64,000 bases of DNA from Acidimicrobiales bacterium (GCA_036270875.1 DATBBR010000051.1:8582-72581); one strand, 5' to 3'. Numbered from the stretch's first letter, positions 42,736 through 51,834 are shown. Made by a program: numbers and translations. Notes: generated from the sequence alone by a model not told the origin.

Positions 42736-42976
42736 GTGCACCGGGGCCTCTCGGGCCGCGGCGAGTCCGGCGCCCACCGGACGTCACTCCTGTGGGGTGC
42801 GCTGGGTCGTGGGCCGGACGAGGAGCAAGCGCTGTACGCCGACAGTTGGTTACGAACCGCCTTGGCGCGCGCTACCTGACGTAGGTCGCGAGGGCTCGGC
42901 TACGTAGCCGGGTGGCCTGAGGGTGGGCGCGTCGAGGTTCGCCCGACGTGTCCTGACGGAGGAGGTCACCTGCGCC

Positions 42977-44614
42977 ATGGCTGAGGAGATCCGCGCCCCA
43001 AGGGTGCACACGGCCTCGCCGGTCCTCGACGAGGCCCACACCGGTCAGATCCGTGGCGCCCTCGGCACCATCGGAGAGCAGGACCTCGCGCCACGCCGGT
43101 CGCTGCGGGCGCGACTGCTGACCCTGGCTGCGATCGTCGGACCCGGCCTCATCGTCATGGTGGGCGACAACGACGCCGGCGGCGTGGCCACCTACTCCCA
43201 GGCCGGGCAGAACTACGGGACCAGCCTGCTGTGGACGCTCCTGCTGTTGATCCCGGTCCTGATCGTCAACCAGGAGATGGTGGTGCGGCTCGGGGCCGTC
43301 ACTGGCGTCGGCCACGCCCGGCTCATCATCGAGCGCTTCGGCCGGTTCTGGGGCGCCTTCTCCGTGGGCGACCTCTTCCTCCTCAACTTCCTCACCATCA
43401 CGACCGAGTTCATCGGCGTCAGCCTGGCTTTCAGCTACTTCGGGGTGAGCAAGTACGCGGCCGTGCCTGTCGCCGCCGTCGCACTCATCGCCATCACCGC
43501 CAGCGGCAGCTTCCGGCGCTGGGAGCGGTTCATGCTGCTGTTCGTCCTCGTGAACTTCCTCGTCATCCCGCTGCTGGTGATGAGCCATCCGCAGGCGGGA
43601 CCCATTGTCCGGGATACCTTCGTCCCGGGGATCCAGGGCGGCATCAGCTCGGGAGCCGTGCTGCTCATCATCGCCATCGTGGGCACGACGGTGGCCCCCT
43701 GGCAGCTGTTCTTCCAGCAGTCCAACATCATCGACAAGCGCATCACTCCGCGGTGGATCAACTACGAGCGGGCCGACACGGTCATCGGCTCGTTCGTGAC
43801 GGTGATCGGCGCCGGGGCCCTGGTGGTGACCACGGCCTTCGCCTTCCAGCACACGTCTCTCGCTGGTCATTTCAGCGACGCCTTGGGGGTGGCCGACGGC
43901 CTGGCCCGACAGCTCGGTCGCACCGCCGGCGACCTGTTCGCCATCATCCTTCTCAACGCCTCGATCATCGGCGCGGCGGCGGTCACGCTGTCGACGTCCT
44001 ACGCCTTCGGCGACGCCTTCGGCACGCGCCACTCGCTCCACCGCGGCATCCGTGAGGCCAAGTCCTTCTACGCCAGCTTCGCCCTCATCGTGGTGTTGGC
44101 GGCCAGCATCGTGCTCATCCCCGGTGCTCCGCTGGGGCTCATCACCACGTCGGTCCAGGCCCTGGCCGGGGTGCTGCTTCCGTCGGCCACCGTCTTTCTG
44201 CTGCTGCTCTGCAACGACCGCGACGTCCTGGGGCCGTGGGTCAATCGCCCTTGGCTCAACGCCGTCGCCACTGTCATCGTGTCGGTGCTCCTGATGCTGT
44301 CGCTGACCCTGATGACGACCACGGTCTTCCCGGGCATCGACGTGCCCCTGCTGGTGCTGGTGCTCGGCGCCGTGCTGGTGGTCGGCCTGGCTGCCGGCGG
44401 GCTGGCGGCGCTCTGGACTCGCGCCAGCCGCCCGGCGCCCCCCGCGGCCGAGGCGCCCAGGCGGGAGACGTGGCGCATGCCGCCGCTGGCCCTGCTCGGC
44501 CGGCCGGTGTGGTCGCGCGGGCGGCGGGCGGCGATGATCGCGCTCTGGGTCTACCTTGCCCTGGCCGTCATCCTCCTGCTGGTGAAGACGATCCAGCTCG
44601 GCCTCGGACACTGA
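42977..44614 (+). CDS. NRAMP-related divalent cation (probably Mg2+) transporter
   Basis: VGPGLIVMVGDNDAGG, QEMVVRLG, GTTVAPWQLFFQQS and LLLLCND; GGAGGAGG SD before ATG 42977. Confidence 0.9.
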   Translation: MAEEIRAPRVHTASPVLDEAHTGQIRGALGTIGEQDLAPRRSLRARLLTLAAIVGPGLIVMVGDNDAGGVATYSQAGQNYGTSLLWTLLLLIPVLIVNQEMVVRLGAVTGVGHARLIIERFGRFWGAFSVGDLFLLNFLTITTEFIGVSLAFSYFGVSKYAAVPVAAVALIAITASGSFRRWERFMLLFVLVNFLVIPLLVMSHPQAGPIVRDTFVPGIQGGISSGAVLLIIAIVGTTVAPWQLFFQQSNIIDKRITPRWINYERADTVIGSFVTVIGAGALVVTTAFAFQHTSLAGHFSDALGVADGLARQLGRTAGDLFAIILLNASIIGAAAVTLSTSYAFGDAFGTRHSLHRGIREAKSFYASFALIVVLAASIVLIPGAPLGLITTSVQALAGVLLPSATVFLLLLCNDRDVLGPWVNRPWLNAVATVIVSVLLMLSLTLMTTTVFPGIDVPLLVLVLGAVLVVGLAAGGLAALWTRASRPAPPAAEAPRRETWRMPPLALLGRPVWSRGRRAAMIALWVYLALAVILLLVKTIQLGLGH

Positions 44615-44668
44615 GACGCGCCGGCCCTGTTTGCGCTGTTGCCCCACCTCAGGAGAGGCTCTCCCGTC

Positions 44669-45985
44669 ATGCATGAGTCTCCCCGACGGCTTCGGATCGC
44701 GTTCCTCGCCTATCGGGGCAACCCGCATTCGGGGGGCCAAGGTGTGTACACCCGGTATCTCACCAGGGAATTGACCGCCCTCGGCCACCATGTCGAGGTG
44801 CTCGCCGGGCCCCCGTACCCGATCCTCGACGACGGCGTGCCGCTCGTCGAGGTGCCCAGCCTCGACCTGTACCGTCAGCCCGACCCTTTTCGGATCCCCC
44901 ATCCCCGCGAGGTGCGCAGCCGCATCGACGTGCTCGAGTTCGCCCTCATGTGCACCGCCGGGTTCCCCGAGCCGCTCACCTTCAGCTTGCGGGCGCGGAA
45001 GGTCCTGGCCGGGCGTCGGGACGACTTCGACATCGTCCACGACAACCAGTGCCTGGGCCGGGGCCTGCTGGGGATGATCGAGGACGGCTGGCCCATCGTC
45101 GCCACCGTGCACCACCCGATCACGGTGGACCGCGACCTGGAGCTGGCCCATGCCCACAGCCTCCGCCGCCGGCTGATCCTGAGGCGCTGGTACGGGTTCG
45201 TCGGGATGCAGCTCGAGGTCACCCGCCAGCTTCCCCGGGTCGTCACCGTCTCGGCGTCGTCGAAGTCCGACATCGTCGAGCACATGGGTGCCGAGCCGTC
45301 CCGGGTGTCCGTGGTGCCGGTCGGCGTGGACGACGAGCTCTTCCGCCCCCTGCCCGGCGTCGCCCGGGTGCCCGGCCGCCTGATGACCACCGCCAGCGCC
45401 GACGTACCCCTGAAGGGCCTCGTCCCCCTGCTCGAGGCCCTGGCCAAGGTCCGCACCGAGCGGTCTGCCGATCTGGTCGTCATCGGCGAGCCCCGCTCCG
45501 CCAGCAGGGTCGGCGCCACGATCAAGCGCCTCGGGCTCGAGGACGCGGTGCGCTTCGTGAGCAAGGTGAGCGACGAGCGCCTCGTGCAGCTGTACGCCGA
45601 AGCCGAGGTGGCCGTCGTGCCCTCGCTCTACGAGGGCTTCTCGCTGCCCGCCATCGAGGCCATGGCGTGCGGTGTGCCGGTCGTGGCCACGACCGGCGGG
45701 GCGCTGCCCGAGGTGGTAGGTGCTGACGGTGTCACCGGCCTGCTGGTGCCGCCGGGCGATCCCGGCGCGCTGGCCATGGCTATCGGCACCGCGCTGGACC
45801 AACCCGGGCTGCGGGCCCGGATCGGTGCCGCCGGCCGGGCCCGCGTGCTCGAGCGCTTCACCTGGGCCGCCGCCGCCCGGGCGACGGTCGAGCAGTATCG
45901 GGCCGTCCTGGGCGCGAACGCGCCTGCGGATGATCTCTCCGGCCGGCCTCCCGGGCCGGCCCGAGACGGCATCGGCGGCATCTGA
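44669..45985 (+). CDS. Glycosyltransferase family 4 (GT-B)
   Basis: GGQGVY, GHHVEV, HDNQ, TVHHP, KGL and PSLYEGFSLPAIEAMACG. Confidence 0.92.
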   Translation: MHESPRRLRIAFLAYRGNPHSGGQGVYTRYLTRELTALGHHVEVLAGPPYPILDDGVPLVEVPSLDLYRQPDPFRIPHPREVRSRIDVLEFALMCTAGFPEPLTFSLRARKVLAGRRDDFDIVHDNQCLGRGLLGMIEDGWPIVATVHHPITVDRDLELAHAHSLRRRLILRRWYGFVGMQLEVTRQLPRVVTVSASSKSDIVEHMGAEPSRVSVVPVGVDDELFRPLPGVARVPGRLMTTASADVPLKGLVPLLEALAKVRTERSADLVVIGEPRSASRVGATIKRLGLEDAVRFVSKVSDERLVQLYAEAEVAVVPSLYEGFSLPAIEAMACGVPVVATTGGALPEVVGADGVTGLLVPPGDPGALAMAIGTALDQPGLRARIGAAGRARVLERFTWAAAARATVEQYRAVLGANAPADDLSGRPPGPARDGIGGI

Positions 45986-46699
45986 GTGCTCTCCGTCGAC
46001 TACGACCGGCTGGGCCTGCGCGCGGGCGAGCGGCTGCTCGACCTCGGCTGCGGCGGCGGCCGCCATGCCTACGAGGCGATGCGACGGGGGGCGCGGGTCA
46101 CGGCGCTCGACGCCAGCGAGGCCGAGCTGAAGGACGTGTCCTCCTTTGTGAGCGAGATGACCGGCCAGGGCGACGTGGGAACGGACGGCAGCGGCGCCGT
46201 GGTGTGTGCCGACGGTCTGGCGATTCCGTTTCGCGACGGCAGCTTCGACCGCGTGATCGCCGCCGAGGTGCTCGAGCACGTCCCCGCCGACCAGGTCGCC
46301 ATGACCGAGCTCGCCCGGGTACTGCGTCCCGGCGGTTCGCTCGCTGTGACCGTCCCGAGGTTCGGCCCCGAGGCCGTGAACTGGGTCCTGTCGGAGGCGT
46401 ACCACTCGGTCGAGGGCGGCCACGTGCGCATCTACCGTCGCTCGTCCCTGCTCAGTCGCCTGCGCCGGGTCGGGCTCAAGCTCCGCGCTTCCCACCACGC
46501 CCACGCTCTGCACTCGCCCTACTGGTGGCTCCGGTGCGCTGTCGGTGTCGACCGCGACCAGCACCCGCTGGTGCGCGCCTACCACCGCCTGCTCGTGTGG
46601 GACATCGTGCAGGCGCCCGTTCTCACCAGGGCCGCCGACCGTCTCCTCAACCCCTTCCTCGGCAAGAGCCTGGTCCTCTACCTGGACCGCCCGGCATGA
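45986..46699 (+). CDS. Class I SAM-dependent methyltransferase
   Basis: LLDLGCGGGRH, IPFRDGSFD, EVLEH and RVLRPGG. Confidence 0.92.
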   Translation: MLSVDYDRLGLRAGERLLDLGCGGGRHAYEAMRRGARVTALDASEAELKDVSSFVSEMTGQGDVGTDGSGAVVCADGLAIPFRDGSFDRVIAAEVLEHVPADQVAMTELARVLRPGGSLAVTVPRFGPEAVNWVLSEAYHSVEGGHVRIYRRSSLLSRLRRVGLKLRASHHAHALHSPYWWLRCAVGVDRDQHPLVRAYHRLLVWDIVQAPVLTRAADRLLNPFLGKSLVLYLDRPA

Positions 46700-47772
46700 G
46701 GGCGGTCTCGGTTCCAGAGGTCCCAGGGGTCCTGAGCGCGCCAGACGTGGTGGCCACGGCGGAGTCCATCGCGGCCGTCCAGCTCGCCAACGGCATGATC
46801 CCGTGGTTTCCCGGCGGCCACGCCGACCCCTGGAACCACGTCGAGGCGGCGATGGCCCTGTCGATCGGCGGACTGACGGCCGAGGCCGAGCGCGCCTATC
46901 AGTGGCTGATGGATACCCAGCATCCCGACGGCTCGTGGTGCATGTACTACCTCGAGGCGGGCGTGGAGCAGCCCCGGCGCGATACCAACGTCTGCAGCTA
47001 CCTCGCCGTCGGCGCCTGGCACCACTTCCTTCAGACCGGCGACCGGGGGTTCCTCGAGTCCCTCTGGCCCGTGGTGACGCGCGCCCTCGAGTTCGTGCTG
47101 GGTTTCCAGCAGCCGGGCGGGGAGGTCCTGTGGTCGGTGGAGCCCGACGGCACGCGGGGGCGGTACGCCCTCCTGACCGGCTCGTCATCGGTGTACTTCA
47201 GCCTTCGGTGCGCCGTCGCTGCCGCCGAGCAGCTCGGTCTGGAGCGGCCGGACTGGGAGCTGGCGGCCGGGCGACTCGCGCACGCCGTGGCCTTCTGCCC
47301 CGAGGCCTTCGAGCCCAAGGACCGCTGGGCGATGGACTGGTACTACCCGGTCCTCTCCGGCGCCCTGGTGGGCGGGCCTGCCCGGGCCCGCATGGCCGAG
47401 CGGTGGGCGCAGTTCGTGATGGACGGACGCGGAGTTCGCTGTGTCTCTGACCGGCCCTGGGTCACAGCCGCCGAGACGGCCGAGTGCGTCATGGCCCTCG
47501 ATGCATCGGGTCTGCGGGACGACGCCCTGCGGTTGTTCGACTGTGTGCAGGCCTTCCGCCACGACGACGGCTCCTACTGGACTGGCTGCGTCTATCCGGA
47601 GGACGTGCACTTTCCGGGCGGGGAGCGCAGCACCTACACGTCGGCGGCCGTGGTGCTGGCGGCCGACACGCTGGCGGGGACGGGTTCTACGGCCGGGCTG
47701 TTCCGGGGGGAGGGACTGCCCGCCGGCTTGGACCTCTCAGATCCCGTCGGCGACCCGACGCGCAACCCGTAG
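46696..47772 (+). CDS. Prenyltransferase/terpene-cyclase-like alpha-alpha barrel protein
   Basis: QW-like repeats WLMDTQHPDGSW, FVLGFQQPGGE and AFRHDDGSYW; ATG overlaps the methyltransferase stop. Confidence 0.72.
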   Translation: MRAVSVPEVPGVLSAPDVVATAESIAAVQLANGMIPWFPGGHADPWNHVEAAMALSIGGLTAEAERAYQWLMDTQHPDGSWCMYYLEAGVEQPRRDTNVCSYLAVGAWHHFLQTGDRGFLESLWPVVTRALEFVLGFQQPGGEVLWSVEPDGTRGRYALLTGSSSVYFSLRCAVAAAEQLGLERPDWELAAGRLAHAVAFCPEAFEPKDRWAMDWYYPVLSGALVGGPARARMAERWAQFVMDGRGVRCVSDRPWVTAAETAECVMALDASGLRDDALRLFDCVQAFRHDDGSYWTGCVYPEDVHFPGGERSTYTSAAVVLAADTLAGTGSTAGLFRGEGLPAGLDLSDPVGDPTRNP

Positions 47773-48384
47773 GCTGCCGCACTCGCTCTCCTGGGCGAAG
47801 GCGCCGGACGCCAGAGCCCGAGACCACAGCTCGAACGGCGGACGGCCCCCGTCGGCTGGGTCCGGGAACACGTCGTGGATGGCGAGCAGGCCGCCTTTGG
47901 CCACGTGGGGGACCCAGCCTCGGTAGTCGGCCCATGCCGGTTCCTCGCCGTGGCCGCCGTCGATGAAGACGAGCGAGAGCGGGGTGCGCCAGTGGGCCGC
48001 GATCGTCGGGGAGTCCCCGACCAGGGCGACGACCTCATGCTCGAGGGCGGCCTCCGCCAGTGTCCTGCGCCAGGTCGGGAGGGTGTCCATGCGCCCCGTA
48101 ACGGGGTCGACCAGCGTGGGATCGTGATGCTCCCAACCGGCCTGGTTCTCCTCCGAGCCGCGGTGGTGGTCGAGGCTGAACAGCACGCTCGCCCCTTGGC
48201 GGGCGGCGGCGCCCAGATAGATGCTCGACTTACCGCAGTAGGCACCGACCTCCAGCAGGGGGCCAAGCCCGGAACCCGCGGCGCTCACGCCCATGTGGAA
48301 GAGCTCGAGACCCTCGCCGTCGGGCATGAAGCCCTTGGCCGCCCGGGCCAGGGCCAGCAGGTCGTCCGGCATGCTCGGTGCCAT
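47737..48384 (-). CDS. SAM-dependent methyltransferase (Methyltransf_24-like)
   Basis: LEVGAYCGKS, SLDHHRGS, VFIDGGH and AIHDVF. Confidence 0.85.
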   Translation of the reverse strand: MAPSMPDDLLALARAAKGFMPDGEGLELFHMGVSAAGSGLGPLLEVGAYCGKSSIYLGAAARQGASVLFSLDHHRGSEENQAGWEHHDPTLVDPVTGRMDTLPTWRRTLAEAALEHEVVALVGDSPTIAAHWRTPLSLVFIDGGHGEEPAWADYRGWVPHVAKGGLLAIHDVFPDPADGGRPPFELWSRALASGAFAQESECGSLRVARRVADGI

Positions 48385-48444
48385 CGGGCTCAGCTTGTCG
48401 GGAGCGGGAGAACCGCGTCCATCCCGGCGCCCGCCCGGCGAGGC

Positions 48445-49851
48445 TCACTCGGCCAGGGCCACCAGCTGACCTCCGGCGGCGACGTAGAGCTGTCCACCGC
48501 CGCTGCCCGGCGTGGCGAAGTGATTGACCCCCCCGACGTGGACGCGCGCTCGGACCGCGCCTGTGGCGAAGTCCAGCGCGACGGCGTCGCCCGGGTTGCG
48601 GTCCAGCGCCCAGAGCGTGGCGCCGGCCACGATCGCCGGTCCGGTGGTGAGGGAGGCGACCCTCCAGGCAACGCTGAAGCTGGGTTGCCCGCCGCTGTCG
48701 AGGCGGAGAGCGACCAGCCCGTCCTCGCACGACACCACGATCAGCGGCGCGCTGTATGTCGTCGCCCCGAGGGCGCTGCCGCAGACTTGACCCGAGTACG
48801 CCTGTCCGCCGATCCCCCCGAGGTGGTCGGCACGTAGCAGGTAGCCGACGCCGGCCTTGCCGATCTGGAAGACGAGGCCCCCGCCCACCTGGAGCGGGGC
48901 GGTGGAGCCCAGGTCTGTGTCCTCCGCGTTGAGCTGTGGCGAGTTGATTGGTGTGAACGAGTCGAGCTGGTGGAGATCGGGCGACAGCCGGATCACCGAG
49001 TTGCCCCCGTCGTAGCCCGTGGTGGCGCTGCCGTTCCCGGTGGCAACCAGGAGGGTGCCGTCGGGTGCCACCGCCGCACCCGGCGGCGCCCAGATGGCAC
49101 CCTGGCGCTGGGACGGGACCTGGTACACGAGCAGGGGATTGGTGGGCGTTCGGGCGTCCGCCCCGACCAGGTAGCCGTGGTAGGCGCCACAGTCTCCGAA
49201 CAGCCCGCCGAATGGCACGTAGACGCGCCCGGCCGACAGCGTGAGCGCGCCCCGCTGTTGCTCGACGCGCGGGTCGGCGCCCTGGGGGTCGACGGCCGTC
49301 CGGGAGCGGACGGCCCCATTCGACAGGTCGAGCGCGGCCAGCACGTGCCGGCCCGGGCGAACGAAGGCCACGACCCACACGGTCCCGGTTGAGGAGTCCA
49401 CGACGGGCGTCCCGGTGATGCCGCTGGGGTCGATGTTCCCGCATGGGAGGTCGCTGCCGGCCATGGGCTGTCCCAACGTGGTGGACCACAGCACCCGGCC
49501 GGTGCCGGCCTGCACGGCGAGGACCGTGTCGTGCTCGGTCGCGACCACGACCCGGTCACCCACCGAGAGGGGCTCGGCGTACACGTCGCCCGAGACCGGG
49601 GTGGACCACCGGCGCGCCGGAGTGGCGAAGGCCGGGGCGCCAGGATCGACGCCGGCGCGCCGCGCGTCATGGTGGTACGTCGGCCAGTTGCCCGGCGCCA
49701 GCGTCGGCGCCGGGCGGGCGAGGGTCGGGGACGGTGCCGCGGCCCGGGGGGTCGAGCTGCAGCCGGCGAGCAGCACGGCGCCGCTGGCGACGACGACGAT
49801 GGTGGAGCGGGGGCCGGCACGGATGGCGGCGAGGGCGCGGCGGATCGGCAC
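48445..49851 (-). CDS. PQQ-like beta-propeller lipoprotein
   Basis: Lipobox VLLAGC, WPTYHHD..RAG, repeated TGRVLWS/AYSAP-type propeller motifs, GAIW, D.DLGS; start uncertain. Confidence 0.75.
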   Translation of the reverse strand: MPIRRALAAIRAGPRSTIVVVASGAVLLAGCSSTPRAAAPSPTLARPAPTLAPGNWPTYHHDARRAGVDPGAPAFATPARRWSTPVSGDVYAEPLSVGDRVVVATEHDTVLAVQAGTGRVLWSTTLGQPMAGSDLPCGNIDPSGITGTPVVDSSTGTVWVVAFVRPGRHVLAALDLSNGAVRSRTAVDPQGADPRVEQQRGALTLSAGRVYVPFGGLFGDCGAYHGYLVGADARTPTNPLLVYQVPSQRQGAIWAPPGAAVAPDGTLLVATGNGSATTGYDGGNSVIRLSPDLHQLDSFTPINSPQLNAEDTDLGSTAPLQVGGGLVFQIGKAGVGYLLRADHLGGIGGQAYSGQVCGSALGATTYSAPLIVVSCEDGLVALRLDSGGQPSFSVAWRVASLTTGPAIVAGATLWALDRNPGDAVALDFATGAVRARVHVGGVNHFATPGSGGGQLYVAAGGQLVALAE

Positions 49852-49950
49852 GGCCCATCATCGCTCCTGCTCGCTGCGAGCTGGCAGTCAGGCCCGCCGG
49901 GCCATCATCAAGGCCGGTTGACAGAGCCACCCTTTACCATTGGCGGCTGC

Positions 49951-51231
49951 ATGGAGATGTTCCCCGCCGAGCGAGCCCCCGCCGTCAGGCGTCTCAGCCT
50001 CGTCCGCCTGAGCTCGGAGATCGCCCGGTCGGTGGCGACCGTGGGCCAGGTCGCGGTCGAGGGAGAGGTCGTCCAGCCGGGCACGTCGCGCTCTGGCGCC
50101 GTGTACTTCACCCTCCGGGACCGAGCCGCCCAGATCACGGTGGTGTGCCCGCGGGCCCGCCTCGGCCGGTGCCGCACGGTCCACGGCGAGCGGGTGTGCG
50201 TGACCGGCACGCTCGGCTATGTCAACGAGCGGGGGCTGCTGCAGCTGTTCGCCGACGAGGTGACGCCGGTCGGCGAGGGGGCGATCCTGGCGGCCATCGC
50301 CGACGTACGCCGGCGACTGACGGCTGAGGGCCTGCTCGATCGGGCCCGTCGGCCCCTGCCGTTGTTGCCGGCCGCCGTCGGTGTCGTGTGCGGTGCCGAC
50401 GCCGCCGTCCGCGCCGACATCGAGTCGGTGGTCGCCGCCCGCTTCCCCGGCTACCCGGTCGAGTTCGACGAAGTGGCGGTATCGGGACCCGGCGCTGCGG
50501 AGGCGGTCGTCGGCGCGTTGCAGGCCTTCGACGCGACGCCCACCGTCGAGGTCGTCATCCTCGCTCGGGGTGGCGGCGATCCGGCGTCGCTGCTTCCGTT
50601 CAGCGACGAAGAGCTGTGCCGGGCGATCTGCGCCTCGACGACGCCGGTCGTGTCCGCCATCGGCCACGACCGCGATCGCCCCCTGTGTGACGAGGTGGCC
50701 GACTGGCGCTGCGGCACGCCGTCGCTCGCCGCCACGGCAGTGGTGCCCGACGCGGTCGCGCTGCGGGCGCACCTCGACCGGCTGCTGGAATCGGTGCACG
50801 CCTCGTGCGCCCAAGTGCTCGCGGTGGGTGGCGATCGTCTCGATGCGGTCGACCTACCCGCCGCGCTGCGCTCGGGCGTGACGACCGCGGTGGAGCGGCT
50901 GGACCGGGCCGACGGCCGTCTGCAGCTCGTCGACCTGGGCCGCCGGGTTGCGGATGCCGCTCTGCGGTTGGCGTCGGTCGACTGGCGCTCCCCGTTGGCG
51001 CGTCGGCTGGCCGCCCTCGATGGGGACCTCTCCGGCCGCCGCCGCACCCTCGACGCACTTGATCCCACGCGGGTGCTGTCTCGGGGCTACGCCATCGTGC
51101 GCACCGCCGACGGCAGCGTCGTGCGCAGCCCCGCCCAGGTCACCCCCGGCGAGGAGCTCGACCTCGCTGTCGCACGGGGCGGCATCCGGGCCACCGTCAG
51201 CGACACGCCGAGCGACAGTGACGCCCCGTGA
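49951..51231 (+). CDS. xseA: Exodeoxyribonuclease VII large subunit
   Basis: VEGEV...YFTLRD OB fold, EGLLD..R.RPLP, ILARGGG, SAIGH and GTPS; followed by xseB. Confidence 0.9.
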   Translation: MEMFPAERAPAVRRLSLVRLSSEIARSVATVGQVAVEGEVVQPGTSRSGAVYFTLRDRAAQITVVCPRARLGRCRTVHGERVCVTGTLGYVNERGLLQLFADEVTPVGEGAILAAIADVRRRLTAEGLLDRARRPLPLLPAAVGVVCGADAAVRADIESVVAARFPGYPVEFDEVAVSGPGAAEAVVGALQAFDATPTVEVVILARGGGDPASLLPFSDEELCRAICASTTPVVSAIGHDRDRPLCDEVADWRCGTPSLAATAVVPDAVALRAHLDRLLESVHASCAQVLAVGGDRLDAVDLPAALRSGVTTAVERLDRADGRLQLVDLGRRVADAALRLASVDWRSPLARRLAALDGDLSGRRRTLDALDPTRVLSRGYAIVRTADGSVVRSPAQVTPGEELDLAVARGGIRATVSDTPSDSDAP

Positions 51232-51440
51232 CCCATACCGACGATCTCGCTGCCCTCACCTACGAGGAGCTGGTGGAGAAGCTCGAGGACCTCACCCGGC
51301 GGATCGCCTCCGGTGAGGTTGGCATCGAGGAGGCGTCCGAGCTCTACGAGCGAGCCGGCGCGATCCACCGGCTGGCGGCCGAGCGACTGGCCCAGGTGCG
51401 GGCGAGGATCGAGCGCCTGGACGGCACCTCGCGCGACTAG
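51228..51440 (+). CDS. xseB: Exodeoxyribonuclease VII small subunit
   Basis: TYEELVEKLEDL...I.SGEVGIEEA..LYERA...L pattern; GTGA overlap with xseA. Confidence 0.9.
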   Translation: MTHTDDLAALTYEELVEKLEDLTRRIASGEVGIEEASELYERAGAIHRLAAERLAQVRARIERLDGTSRD

Positions 51441-51453
51441 GCGCCGTCGCTGC

Positions 51454-51825
51454 CTAGGGAACGACCGGCCGTCGCCGCGGCGCGCCTGCCGCCACCTCAG
51501 CCGGCACCTCGATCTCCATCCGCAGCAAGGCGCCACCCAGGGTCTTGCCCAGGTTGTCGGAGCGGAGCGAGCGGGGGCCGCCACCGCCCAGGGCGCGCTC
51601 CATGACGAAGTTGAGGGCGAGCACGTTCGCCGCCTCGTACCGGCGCACCTGGCCGAGCACCATCGGGCCGAAATGGCGCTTGACCCGATCCGCCGTCACC
51701 GCGGCGCGGATCGCGTCGTAACCCGCCTCGTCGTAGGCGAACAGGGCGACGTTGGAGATGTCCCCCTTGTCCCCGGCCCGGGTGCCGCAGAGGTCGCGCA
51801 GCTGGATGCGGCCAACGTCAGCCAC
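51454..51825 (-). CDS. AtuA-associated small protein
   Basis: RAGDKGDISN, VRRYE...ALNFV..RALGGGG..SLR.D.LGK, typical of the C-terminal or partner domain of AtuA-like proteins. Confidence 0.8.
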   Translation of the reverse strand: MADVGRIQLRDLCGTRAGDKGDISNVALFAYDEAGYDAIRAAVTADRVKRHFGPMVLGQVRRYEAANVLALNFVMERALGGGGPRSLRSDNLGKTLGGALLRMEIEVPAEVAAGAPRRRPVVP

Positions 51826-51834
51826 GGGCGACCG

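Noticed and set aside
45983-45988. GT4 TGA followed immediately by the in-frame GTG of the methyltransferase (possible readthrough fusion)
   Set aside because: Only a weak 4-bp stem follows the UGA, the position is not a Cys-like catalytic site, and both proteins are complete alone; simple zero-spacer coupling is enough.
42872-47188. 1438-aa antisense ORF spanning four genes
   Set aside because: Mirror-frame shadow: the NRAMP, GT4 and methyltransferase genes share one frame and high-GC codon usage rarely gives antisense stops; the translation has no recognisable motif.
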